From an uncultured Gammaproteobacteria bacterium (GTDB lineage Bacteria; Patescibacteriota; Microgenomatia; Levybacterales; UBA12049): a stretch of 64,000 bases of DNA. The notes beneath the pieces were generated by a model. That model saw only the letters and a program-made list of their open reading frames with translations. It ran no database searches and was not told the DNA's origin. The stretch spans positions 1,946 through 65,945 of the forward strand of contig CAYQEE010000003.1 in assembly GCA_964416445.1 (NCBI GenBank). Direction: 5' to 3'. Below, piece after piece: positions 37,828-48,020 of the stretch (position 1 is the stretch's first letter; every line of letters begins with the position of its first letter). The position numbers were made by a program, and so were the translations under genes.

Positions 37828-38802
37828 CATATTCTTTTTAACCCAAAATCTGAACCTAAGTTAAATTCCACAAAATTTTTTTTCAAGAGTATTTTCTTTA
37901 CTTCTGACTTTTCCGAAGTTAAAATAGAGTTTGTATATTCATTACAGTAGAGGGAGTAGAATAGAAAACCGCAGAGCCAGCGAATAAAAAGTTTTGGAAT
38001 GCTCGAATCCTTGAGAGCATATGTGCCAAAACTTATTCTTCAATATCTGCTGGACCGCATTTTCGAAGCATTAGACGAAGAATCATGGGAGGATGATGAA
38101 GTATTATCTCTACAGTTATATTTTATCTGTTCCAGTAATATGGTTATTGTATAGAGACTTCTTAAATCATTCATGGAACGCTACTATAGTTGAAAACCTC
38201 TGCATTTCTGTTTTGCAACAAGAAATCAATTGTATAACCGGAAAGAAGAAAAGTCTGGGAAACTGGATGGATCAGTGTTTCGTCTGAGAATGAATAATTC
38301 TTTTTTTCAAAGAACCATTTATACGTTAATATACTGTTTAAACTATGAATCTGTTGCAAAAGTCCTACTTGATATAAATTATAAGACTTATATACTTGTG
38401 ACATTGTGAAACTATTAAGACAGCAGTGGAAGTTACTCGTCTTTATAGTCATATGTGTAATCATTTTGTACTTTCTCTTCAATCTGCTACTAAGCTTCTT
38501 TTTTGCTCCAATACCTAGACTGCATTTAGGTCCTATATTTTGAATCTATTCGAATGGTTTTCTGGAATAAATTACCAAAATTGCTATATACAAGAATGGC
38601 TTAAATGACTCGGCAATGTAATCAAGTCACATGCCTATTCTCCTGAAACCTTTTAACAGAATATTTGATCGATTAAATATAAATTGCCTTTTTGCTTTGA
38701 GACTGTTTAGATGTAGTACCATATTTGATTGTATTATGCCTCAAGATTTGCAAAGTTTTCTATTGACATTAATTAAATACTCTGTAAAAGTTATATTAGT
38801 AT

Positions 38803-40185
38803 ATGCAGTATAGTAGAAAAAGAAACACAAAAAATTTTACGCATATGATTGGCAGGTACAGAAAAACATTGTCGTTTATAACGATACTTCTTATTGCGTT
38901 AGCAATACCAGTAACAATACTTCTGCAACAACAAAGAGCTACAATAGAGCAAAAAGCAGCGGGACCAATGTGTAACTCAACTGGAGTAACAAAAAACACA
39001 AACGGAACATATACGTTTGCGCGTCTTGCAATTGATTCTCAAGGAAATATAGTCGATGCGAATAATCCAACTTGCATTATCCAGCTTTTAGGAGTGAATA
39101 TGGGTCCATTATTTCTTCAGGACGCAGGAGGGACAACTAATCTCACTGGCCTTGAGCAATATATGCAGTTTTTCTCACAGAATTTGCATAGCAACGTGGT
39201 ACGGGTGAATTTTAACTCGTACTGGTATAATACCGATGTCCGGGTGCCAAAAGCGCAGATGAATTTTCAACAATGGCTGCAAACGTACGTAAAACTGGAA
39301 GAACAAGCAGGACATTATGTTATCTTGGATGTAGGCACACAATTTCAAAATCCACCATGCGGGAATGATCCGACAACCAATCCGCCAACCAATGTCACCC
39401 AATGTCCTTATCAAAATCAGGCGTCAAGAAATGTTCCTCCTAACCCAACAGAACAAACAACCTATGAACCCGTTCCTCTTCAGGCAATCGGGAGTTTAGC
39501 AAAACTGTATGCCAATGATCCTGCTGTTATTTTTGATATATGGAATGAGCCATCGCATAGTACAGCTCCCATTTCCGAACAGATATTTATGCAGGATACA
39601 AATGACAGAATTAATGCCGTGAGAACATATGCTCCACAGATGCTGGTGATGGTCTATGAAAGAGCACTCACAGATATTATGACTAATGGATTTGCTGATT
39701 TTACGCAAGGGAATATCATTATTGACTTTCATACCTATGGAGCAAACTGGACAAGAACAACGGATGTACCAATCGTTCAAACAGCTCACACACATAAATA
39801 TGCAGTTATTGAAGGAGAATGGGGAGCAAAAGCTCCAGGAACTCCTCCGCCTTCAGAAATGATTCCATTCTTACAAACCAATGATGTGGAATCAACGTAC
39901 TTCTCAGCAGGGGACCTAATCACAGGAAACACTCAAAACGCGGGAAGTCTGAACTCGGTTGGACAGGCAGTCGCTGCTGGGTACCTAAATATTTTTGGAG
40001 CACCCCAACCTACGAGTAATACTAATCCTTCCAATACTCCGACTCCATCACTCTCAGTCTCAATAACACTACATCCTTCCAATAGTATTTCACCTACTGC
40101 AACAATAACAAAACCCGGAGATCATCATCCTACGGAAGTTCAAAACAAAGATAACCACCATTCTGGTGGAGAAGAAAAAAAATAA
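38803..40185 (+). CDS. Secreted glycoside hydrolase family 5-like protein (cellulase/mannanase superfamily) with a C-terminal S/T/P tail
   Basis: Signal anchor (the likely start is the Met near 38845). The acid/base motif is FDIWNEPSH and the nucleophile region VIEGEWGAKA. The N-terminal module is paralogous to the N-terminus of the 42625..45645 protein. Confidence 0.6.
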   Translation: MQYSRKRNTKNFTHMIGRYRKTLSFITILLIALAIPVTILLQQQRATIEQKAAGPMCNSTGVTKNTNGTYTFARLAIDSQGNIVDANNPTCIIQLLGVNMGPLFLQDAGGTTNLTGLEQYMQFFSQNLHSNVVRVNFNSYWYNTDVRVPKAQMNFQQWLQTYVKLEEQAGHYVILDVGTQFQNPPCGNDPTTNPPTNVTQCPYQNQASRNVPPNPTEQTTYEPVPLQAIGSLAKLYANDPAVIFDIWNEPSHSTAPISEQIFMQDTNDRINAVRTYAPQMLVMVYERALTDIMTNGFADFTQGNIIIDFHTYGANWTRTTDVPIVQTAHTHKYAVIEGEWGAKAPGTPPPSEMIPFLQTNDVESTYFSAGDLITGNTQNAGSLNSVGQAVAAGYLNIFGAPQPTSNTNPSNTPTPSLSVSITLHPSNSISPTATITKPGDHHPTEVQNKDNHHSGGEEKK

Positions 40186-40650
40186 AGATGCCTCCCTTAT
40201 AAAGACGCAAGTGGTAGTATGACAGACTTATTCGGAAAATAAATATTAATTATATTAGATTAATAATAACCCGACAAAAATCCTAAATATTGCATTTCCT
40301 ATTTAACCTCTTTTTAGAATTTTTGTGTTATTTGTTATATTCTATCTACTACAACTTATAAATATTCGGTTATCGGTATAATATTTGAGGTTCAGCGCTT
40401 GGAGCTTTTCGTAAAATCGAAGCAAACTATCAAAGATGGGGTTCCATCCTAGTTCCTCTAGGCGCGCAAATTTTCATTTAGGCTATTACATCAATCTCGG
40501 TGTTAGGTAAAGTATTTTTTATAAGATATTTTATTTAATCTTAAGGAAGGTATACGGCTACATAGAATATGTACAGATTACCCACCTATATGCTACATTA
40601 GAGATATTCAAGTTTGTAATGTTTCAAAAGCAATATTTGAAAATAAAGAA

Positions 40651-41214
40651 ATGTCACTTTCAGCAATTGATCCAAAAACAGCATTAATTATTATTGATAT
40701 GCAAAAAGGTATCATCTCACTACCGACTGTTCATCCTATAAAGGAAATTATAAGTAATAATAGCAAACTCGCAGAAGTTTTTAGAAAACACCGACTTCCC
40801 GTTGTTCTGGTGAATGTTACCGGTGGTGCACCTGGTAGAATAGAAAATGTAAGAAGCGGTGTATCACAGTCAAGCGATTGGGCTAATCTTATCTCGGAAT
40901 TAAACGAGCAGCCTAATGACATTAAAATTACCAAAAAACGATGGGGTGCATTCTATGGTACTTCACTTGATAAACAGCTCAAAGAATTAGGAATAACACA
41001 GGTTGTGATTACTGGCGTTGCGACCAGTATGGGTGTAGAATCTACAGCCCGTAATGCACATGAATATGGCTATAATGTTACTTTGGTAACTGACGCTATG
41101 ACAGATATGAGTATAGAGGCTCATGAAAATAGTGTACAAAGAATTTTCCCGAAACTTGGTGAGACGGGTACGACCAAGGAGATTATCACTATACTTAATA
41201 AACGAAAAGATTAA
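40651..41214 (+). CDS. Isochorismatase-family cysteine hydrolase
   Basis: ALIIIDMQKG..., the catalytic Cys-region block VVITGVATSMGVESTARNAHEYGYNVTLVTDA. Confidence 0.75.
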   Translation: MSLSAIDPKTALIIIDMQKGIISLPTVHPIKEIISNNSKLAEVFRKHRLPVVLVNVTGGAPGRIENVRSGVSQSSDWANLISELNEQPNDIKITKKRWGAFYGTSLDKQLKELGITQVVITGVATSMGVESTARNAHEYGYNVTLVTDAMTDMSIEAHENSVQRIFPKLGETGTTKEIITILNKRKD

Positions 41215-41273
41215 ACTACTTCCTTTGCTAGTTAACGCAGCAACTCTGTTAGAAGTAAAAAGTACAACATACT

Positions 41274-42521
41274 ATGAGAAAACGGATTCATTCTACCATC
41301 CGACGGACTTTTTTTGCACTTCGGACACGTAATTTTCGATTGTTTTTTATTGGTCAGACGATATCAAATACTGGTAACTGGTTAACAAATGTTGCACTTA
41401 CTTTATTAGTATTACATCTCACCAACAGTGGCTCAGCAGTTGGAATTCTTGCTGCATGCCAATATGGGCCAATTTTATTATTATCTGCATGGGCTGGAGC
41501 AATTGCGGATAGATCTAATAAACGGTATCTGCTCCTTGTTACTCAAACATTAGAAATGCTTGAGTCATTTGGTCTTGCTGCATTAGCATTTCTTCCGCAC
41601 CCATCGGTTGTGGGATTGTATATAGTTGCAGCCATAGGAGGTATTCTTTTAGCTTTCGACAACCCATTACGTAGATCATTCGTTACTGAAATGGTGCCTC
41701 CGGAGAATATACCAAATGCTGTTGTGCTCTATAGTACTATTGTTAATGTTTCTCGGATTGTAGGACCTGCTTTAGCAGGAGCTTTAGTAGTAACTGTCGG
41801 TTATGGGTGGTGTTTTATTCTTGATGCAATGACCTACTTGGCTGTCATTAGTTGTCTATGGATGATGCGTCCATCAGAACTCCATCGACAGCCAAGTAAA
41901 CCCAGAATGAAAGGTGAAATTCGTGAAGGCATCAGATATATTTTGTCTAAGCCTGTCTTGTGGATTCCTTTCGTTATGTTGGCAATTATTGGATCTTTAG
42001 CGTACAATTTCACTGTCACATTGCCTTTATTCGTAACTCATTCATTGCATGGAAGGGATAGGGACTTTACTTTTATATACTCTATATTCGGTCTTGGTGC
42101 TTTGGTCAGTGGTCTACTTGTTGCTAATAAAAATTTTGTAAAAATTCATCATGTTATCATTGGAGCAATTATATTAGGTATTACTATGCTCGTCTTAGCA
42201 TGTACACCTAACGTTGCAACTGCTATTCCCGTTATCTTTTTCGTCGGATTAGCTAGTATCCTCTATATGAATTCTACCACAGCCAGCATTCAGGTAGAAT
42301 CTGAACCTGTATATCATGGAAGAGTCCTTGCTCTGCAAGCTGTTCTGTTTATCGGAACGACTCCAATTGGCGGGCCTCTTTTAGGCTGGCTGGCAGATAC
42401 TGTAGGAGCGAGAGCACCGATTGTAGTGGGAGGCATCGCTTGTTTAATAGCTGGGGTATTTGGATATATAATTAATCGTCAAACTGTGTTTAGCCGAAAC
42501 AAAAATACTTTAAATCTCTAA
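41274..42521 (+). CDS. MFS transporter (EntS/MFS_3-like)
   Basis: 12 predicted TM helices; N-terminal FRLFFIGQTISNTGNW typical of this MFS subfamily. Confidence 0.7.
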   Translation: MRKRIHSTIRRTFFALRTRNFRLFFIGQTISNTGNWLTNVALTLLVLHLTNSGSAVGILAACQYGPILLLSAWAGAIADRSNKRYLLLVTQTLEMLESFGLAALAFLPHPSVVGLYIVAAIGGILLAFDNPLRRSFVTEMVPPENIPNAVVLYSTIVNVSRIVGPALAGALVVTVGYGWCFILDAMTYLAVISCLWMMRPSELHRQPSKPRMKGEIREGIRYILSKPVLWIPFVMLAIIGSLAYNFTVTLPLFVTHSLHGRDRDFTFIYSIFGLGALVSGLLVANKNFVKIHHVIIGAIILGITMLVLACTPNVATAIPVIFFVGLASILYMNSTTASIQVESEPVYHGRVLALQAVLFIGTTPIGGPLLGWLADTVGARAPIVVGGIACLIAGVFGYIINRQTVFSRNKNTLNL

Positions 42522-42624
42522 TACGCTCAGCAAGTATTTCGATGGTTATTCTATAATGTATTTTTATTACTACGAAAGGTAAATTTTGCTTGACAGATGA
42601 GTGAAAATGAATAAATATTAAAGA

Positions 42625-45600
42625 GTGTTTATAAAAAAATACTTTTTTCTTTTTGCAATTGCTTTTGTAGCAATAGCAATTCCCTTAACGACACTGGTTG
42701 TTCAGCATCAACAAATCATTAATCAAAACGCTGCAGGAAATAACTGCAACCATACAGGGGTAACCAAGAATGGGAACACCTACTCATTTGCAAAACTGCT
42801 TGTGGATTCGCAGGGCATACTTCGAGATACCTCCGGATGTCAAATTTATTTGCTTGGTGGACAAGGAAAAGGACCATCACCAACTTTACAGGGTCAATTG
42901 CAAGTAAATAATCCCAGCCAGTTTACTTACCTTCCACAGTGGAATAAATTGGTAAAAATGAATCTACTGCGCATTGTTCTTACAGTACAAAATTGGACGA
43001 GTAATCCAACAATGCCAGGTATTGGACCTGGAGGAGCGAGTGAATCATATCAATGGTTTGTGCAAAATTATGTTCATTATATTGAGCAACAAGGACAATA
43101 TGTAGAACTCGACCTATATCAACAAGGAAATGCACAAGCGGAACTGCAAGCATTACCTTCAATTTTACAAGCATTCCAAGGAGATACAGCAGTGTTCTAT
43201 GACGTCCGCAATGAAGCGTATCCTAATGGTGACTCCTGTACCCAAGGCATGAATGAGGACTTTTCTTTTCTCAAAAAGATCCAGGATTTCGATCCAACCA
43301 TACTGAAAGTAACCTATGTCAATTGCGTTGATCAAATGATTGCAGACCCAAAGACCTATCCTTTTTATACTGCAAGTAGTAGTGCCATTACCAATCTATT
43401 AATGGATGGACATATGTATAGTGGGTATGTCGGTCCAGATCCCTATCATCCAAAGTTAACATGCAATGAACCAGGCAATCCCAATGATAAACAGGGGGGA
43501 TGGCCTGCAGGCTTGCAAAAAGATGCAACAGTAACTGTACCATTTTTTCATGCCAATCATGCGGGGTTTATGCATGGAGAATGGGGAGGCTGTTATGACT
43601 ATACCAATTGGCAAGGGTATGATTATCACGATAGCATGATGCAATCCACTGTCTGTTTGAATATAGCTGGACTCAGTTACTATTTTCCATCAGGGTTGTT
43701 TACTAATCAGCAACTCAATCAAAATGGTATTAATGTGAATACTAGTTATACCGCTATTTTTAATAATGCTCTTTCCTGCAACGGTGGTAAACCAAGTGTG
43801 ACCTCTTCAAGTTCTCCACCACCGACAACTACGCCTAAACCAACTGTTTCCATATCACCTACCCCACAAGCATCATGTAATCATACTGGTGTAACAAAAA
43901 ATCAAGGAGGAAAATATACATTTGCCAAGTTATATGTTGATACTCATGGTATTTTAAGAGATGGTACTAATTGTGAAATATATTTATTGGGAGTACAAGG
44001 TAAAGGAGCAAATCCGTATAATAGCGGGCAATATACTCTTCATGATCCAAGTGAATTCTCTTATCTCGATCAAATAACACAACATCTTACTATGAATGAA
44101 CTTCGAGTTCCCATAACAGTTACAAATTGGAATGCAAATCCTTTTATGAGTAATATTAATGCGTATTACCATACGTTTATACAAGAATACGTGACCTATA
44201 TTGAACAGCAAGGAGATTACATACAATTTGATATCTATCAAGATGCAACTCCAAAAGAGGGTGAGACAGCAATAGCATCCCTTGCTAAAACCTTTCAAAC
44301 AGACCCTGCAGTATTTTATGATGTCCGTAATGAATCGCTACAACAAGGTGAAAGTTGTACTCAAGGTCTTAATGAAAATTATCAATGGTTAGAAGCTATA
44401 CAAAACGTAGATCCAACAATTCTTAAGGGAGTGTATGTTAATTGTCTTCAGGAAATGATAGCAAGTCCATCTCTTTATCCTTTTTATACAGCATCTAGTA
44501 GCGCCATAACAAATTTGTTTTTAGATGGTCATATATATAGTGGCTACAAAGGATCTAATCCTTTTCATCCAAATAGAACTTGTAATGAACCAAATGATCC
44601 ATACGGAAAAGACGGAGGTTGGCCGGCATTATTACAAAGAGATAAATCAGTAAGTGTCCCTTTTCTTCAGAAAAATCATGCAGCACTCGTTCACAATGAG
44701 TGGGGTGGATGTTTTGATTATACTAACTGGCAACCTACTGGTGTACCGGGACAACCTACTCCTCCGCCAGCTCCAGATTATCATGATATGATGATTCAAA
44801 GTGTTTTCGATAATAATCTCGCAGGATTAAGTTATTTTTATTATGATGATTTGTTTCTTAATAACCAACTCAATCAGAATGGTATAAATGTTACTAATGG
44901 ATATACCAAAATATTCTCTCTCGTTCCTTTATCTGGTACACCGATTCCAACAGATACGCCTCTACCCACTAGTACAGTATCACCCACACCTACCGTAACA
45001 CCAACAGGGGTAAGTGGTACTCCAACACCTACTCCACGGACTAATGGAACAAACGTGTTCGTAACGGTAGGGTTACATGGGATAGGGAATGGGGGTGATA
45101 ATGAGAATCCCCAAAGTAAGGGGACGATGAATCCACAACATCCGGTAAGAGATGTATTGATAACGTTTGTTAGTTTGCAAGGTACTATTGCAGCTACCGG
45201 GACAGGACAGATAACGTTTGATAGCGCCAGTGATAGTGCCCAGGGATTATTTACAGGTATCGTAACACTTGCAACGTCACTAAACGGTGATTATCTTATA
45301 CGGATTAAATCAAATGGATTTTTAGAGAGACAATTGAGTAGCGTGGTGTCATTGAGCCAGCCTCGTATGCAGCAAAAACCTGTTATTATTCCACCAGTAT
45401 ACCTCGTCAGTGGAGATTTAAATAATGATAACAAGTTAGATTTGCTAGATTATAATATTCTCGTAGGATGTTATGGAGTAAAACAAAATGATCCAGCGTC
45501 CTGTCCTGCACAATTTCAGACCACACCATCACAAGTGGGAGCTGATTTGTTAGATGATGGAATACAACCAGGAGACGAGAGCGCTGTTGACGGAGCAGAT

Positions 45601-45645
45601 TATAATTTATTCGTACGGGAATTAAGTATTCAAAATGGTGAATAA
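42625..45645 (+). CDS. Large secreted protein with two tandem GH5-like catalytic modules, P/T linkers and a C-terminal type-I dockerin-like domain
   Basis: Module 1 has VFYDVRNEAYP and HGEWGGCYDYTNW; module 2 has VFYDVRNESLQ and HNEWGGCFDYTNW. The N-terminal sub-modules NCNHTGVTKNGNTYSFAKLLVD and SCNHTGVTKNQGGKYTFAKLYVD repeat. The PT-rich linkers include TPTPTVTPTGVSGTPTPTP. The C-terminus carries two dockerin Ca-binding repeats (DLNNDNKLDLLDYNIL, then VDGADYNLFV). Confidence 0.6.
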   Translation: MFIKKYFFLFAIAFVAIAIPLTTLVVQHQQIINQNAAGNNCNHTGVTKNGNTYSFAKLLVDSQGILRDTSGCQIYLLGGQGKGPSPTLQGQLQVNNPSQFTYLPQWNKLVKMNLLRIVLTVQNWTSNPTMPGIGPGGASESYQWFVQNYVHYIEQQGQYVELDLYQQGNAQAELQALPSILQAFQGDTAVFYDVRNEAYPNGDSCTQGMNEDFSFLKKIQDFDPTILKVTYVNCVDQMIADPKTYPFYTASSSAITNLLMDGHMYSGYVGPDPYHPKLTCNEPGNPNDKQGGWPAGLQKDATVTVPFFHANHAGFMHGEWGGCYDYTNWQGYDYHDSMMQSTVCLNIAGLSYYFPSGLFTNQQLNQNGINVNTSYTAIFNNALSCNGGKPSVTSSSSPPPTTTPKPTVSISPTPQASCNHTGVTKNQGGKYTFAKLYVDTHGILRDGTNCEIYLLGVQGKGANPYNSGQYTLHDPSEFSYLDQITQHLTMNELRVPITVTNWNANPFMSNINAYYHTFIQEYVTYIEQQGDYIQFDIYQDATPKEGETAIASLAKTFQTDPAVFYDVRNESLQQGESCTQGLNENYQWLEAIQNVDPTILKGVYVNCLQEMIASPSLYPFYTASSSAITNLFLDGHIYSGYKGSNPFHPNRTCNEPNDPYGKDGGWPALLQRDKSVSVPFLQKNHAALVHNEWGGCFDYTNWQPTGVPGQPTPPPAPDYHDMMIQSVFDNNLAGLSYFYYDDLFLNNQLNQNGINVTNGYTKIFSLVPLSGTPIPTDTPLPTSTVSPTPTVTPTGVSGTPTPTPRTNGTNVFVTVGLHGIGNGGDNENPQSKGTMNPQHPVRDVLITFVSLQGTIAATGTGQITFDSASDSAQGLFTGIVTLATSLNGDYLIRIKSNGFLERQLSSVVSLSQPRMQQKPVIIPPVYLVSGDLNNDNKLDLLDYNILVGCYGVKQNDPASCPAQFQTTPSQVGADLLDDGIQPGDESAVDGADYNLFVRELSIQNGE

Positions 45646-45745
45646 TACGTGAATTAGGTAGGGATAACCCGAAGATCTCAATAGATTTTTCTGTATATGA
45701 ATTGCGTGGTTCATAAAAAGGATAATTTCCTTTCTTTTAGAGTTT

Positions 45746-47158
45746 TTGCTAAACTTGCAGGATATTTCTATGATATCTATTACTTTAGAAGAGATAGTAA
45801 CAAATCTTTTAGCAATAGAGATATATGCGCTTTTTCAAAACGAGACTGAAAGTTTCTTTCTTGATAGCAGTTTAGAAAATCCCAATATATCGCAATTCTC
45901 ATTTATTGGTATCGAACCTTTTTTAATTGTAAAATCTACAGATTCAGTAAGCACATTACAGCAAGCAGGTAAAGAATACATTATTAAAGATAATCCGTTT
46001 TTTATTATCAAAGATCTTTTAAAAAAATATACAATGGTAAATACTACAAAATTTCCTTTTGTAGGTGGCGCTGTTGGGTTTTATTCATATGAGCTTAATA
46101 AATATATAGATTATTCCTCAAAAAAACGAAAGGGAAAATTACGATTGCCTGATATGATTGTTGGATTTTATGATCACGTGATAATCGTTGATCATAACAC
46201 CAAAAAAACATTTTTGACATCAGTAAATCATGATGGGAGAAATGCGAAAGATAGACAAATATTAAAAGATAAAATCATACAGAAAATTACAAAAAAAGTC
46301 TCTTTAAAGAAAAAAAAATCCTCTAGAAAATTGAAACAAAAAAGTATAATTTCTAATGTGAATTATGCTCAATATCAGGAAATGATCAAGCAAGCAAAAA
46401 AGTATATTTCTTTTGGACATATTTATCAGGTCAATTTGTCACAACAATTTAAAGCTCAAGTTGATGAAGAACCATTCTCTATTTACCTTAAATTAAGAAA
46501 ATATAACCCTGCTCCCTACTCTGCATACTTCAACTATGGAAGTTTCCAGATATTAAGTAGTTCTCCGGAAAGGTTCTTGCGAATTTGGAATGGATGTGTC
46601 GAAACAAAACCGATTAAAGGTACTTTTCCAAGAGGAAATACATCTCAGGAAGACGAAAAAAATAAAATTATACTACAAAAAAGTATAAAAAATCATGCGG
46701 AAAACTATATGATTGTCGATTTACTAAGAAATGATCTTGGAAAAGTATGCGAATTTGGAACAGTATATGTCTCAGAACTTTGTGCCGTTGAATCATATGC
46801 TACAGTACATCATCTTGTGTCGACCATTATTGGTAAGTTGCGTGAAGGAGTAGACGCAATCGATTGTTTTATGGCATGTTTTCCAGGAGGATCGATAACT
46901 GGTGCGCCTAAAATACGTGCTATGGAAATTATTGATGAGCTGGAATCATTGGATCGTCATATTTATACTGGTTCATTAGGTTATATAGGTTTTGATGGAA
47001 ATGCTGATTTTAATATTGCTATACGTACAGTACTGATTCATCAACGAAATGCATACTATCATGTTGGTGGAGGTATTGTATGGGATTCAACTGCTAAAAA
47101 AGAATATCAAGAAACGTTGTATAAAGGGAAAGCATTGAAACGCGCACTACAATTATGA
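45746..47158 (+). CDS. pabB: Aminodeoxychorismate synthase component I (chorismate-binding enzyme)
   Basis: Chorismate-binding C-terminal blocks (FPGGSITGAPKIRAMEII, GGGIVWDS); paired with the downstream class IV aminotransferase-fold lyase. Confidence 0.7.
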   Translation: MLNLQDISMISITLEEIVTNLLAIEIYALFQNETESFFLDSSLENPNISQFSFIGIEPFLIVKSTDSVSTLQQAGKEYIIKDNPFFIIKDLLKKYTMVNTTKFPFVGGAVGFYSYELNKYIDYSSKKRKGKLRLPDMIVGFYDHVIIVDHNTKKTFLTSVNHDGRNAKDRQILKDKIIQKITKKVSLKKKKSSRKLKQKSIISNVNYAQYQEMIKQAKKYISFGHIYQVNLSQQFKAQVDEEPFSIYLKLRKYNPAPYSAYFNYGSFQILSSSPERFLRIWNGCVETKPIKGTFPRGNTSQEDEKNKIILQKSIKNHAENYMIVDLLRNDLGKVCEFGTVYVSELCAVESYATVHHLVSTIIGKLREGVDAIDCFMACFPGGSITGAPKIRAMEIIDELESLDRHIYTGSLGYIGFDGNADFNIAIRTVLIHQRNAYYHVGGGIVWDSTAKKEYQETLYKGKALKRALQL

Positions 47159-48009
47159 ATTATATTTATTGTAATGGCAAAATTTTTTTAAAAGATGAGG
47201 CTAATATAGTTTTTGATACGGATGGGGTACTGTTTGGATGGGGAATGTTTGAAACAATGCGAATTTATCAAGGAAATATTTTTCTACTCCAAGAACATCT
47301 CACTCGTTTAGTTAAATCATGTTCTCTTTTTGATATTCCATTCACCCTGAGTAATGAGAAAATTGTTGAAGAGTTACGAAGATATATTCAGGAAGTAAAA
47401 ATACAAAATAGCGTTCTCCGTATTACTGTAATAAAAAAAGATAATATGTTATCAACTCTGTTTTTTTCCATACGACCTATACTTTACGTGAAACAAGATT
47501 ATTTACGCGGATTTTCTGCGCTTGTTATGGAACAAAAACGTAACAGAAGTTCTTTACTCACCTATCATAAAACGACAAGTTATCTAGAAAATAAATATAG
47601 TCATGATATTGCAAGGAAAAAAGGTTATCAAGAATGTCTCTTCCTCAATGATCAAAATGAAATTACAGAAGGAAGTATGAGTAATGTTTTTTTTATCAAA
47701 AACAAAGTACTTTACACACCAAGTGTCTCATGCGGTTTATTGCCTGGTATAACAAGAAATTATATTTGTAATACAATAGCCTCATCATTACACATACCAG
47801 TCCGAGAAGGTCACTTTATGTTAAATGATATTTTTGAAGCACAGGAATGTTTTTTAACAAATTCTGTAATGCAAATAATGCCGCTTATTAGAATTGATAA
47901 AAGGAAAATTGGTCTTGGAAGGCCAGGTAATATAACAAAAATGTTTATCCATAAATATCAAGATAAGATCACTGATTTGATAAAAATGAACGAATTTTCT
48001 CGCTATTAG
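47155..48009 (+). CDS. pabC: Aminodeoxychorismate lyase / class IV aminotransferase fold
   Basis: Fold-type IV PLP enzyme blocks (EGSMSNVFFIK, GLLPGITR); 4-bp overlap with pabB. Confidence 0.6.
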   Translation: MNYIYCNGKIFLKDEANIVFDTDGVLFGWGMFETMRIYQGNIFLLQEHLTRLVKSCSLFDIPFTLSNEKIVEELRRYIQEVKIQNSVLRITVIKKDNMLSTLFFSIRPILYVKQDYLRGFSALVMEQKRNRSSLLTYHKTTSYLENKYSHDIARKKGYQECLFLNDQNEITEGSMSNVFFIKNKVLYTPSVSCGLLPGITRNYICNTIASSLHIPVREGHFMLNDIFEAQECFLTNSVMQIMPLIRIDKRKIGLGRPGNITKMFIHKYQDKITDLIKMNEFSRY

Positions 48010-48020
48010 ATGGAGGAAAT

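Noticed and set aside
38093-38482. ORFs 38093..38287 and 38171..38482 in the tRNA-Arg downstream gap
   Set aside because: They are mutually overlapping on opposite strands, their translations are AT-rich codon noise, and neither has an RBS-like context or a motif.
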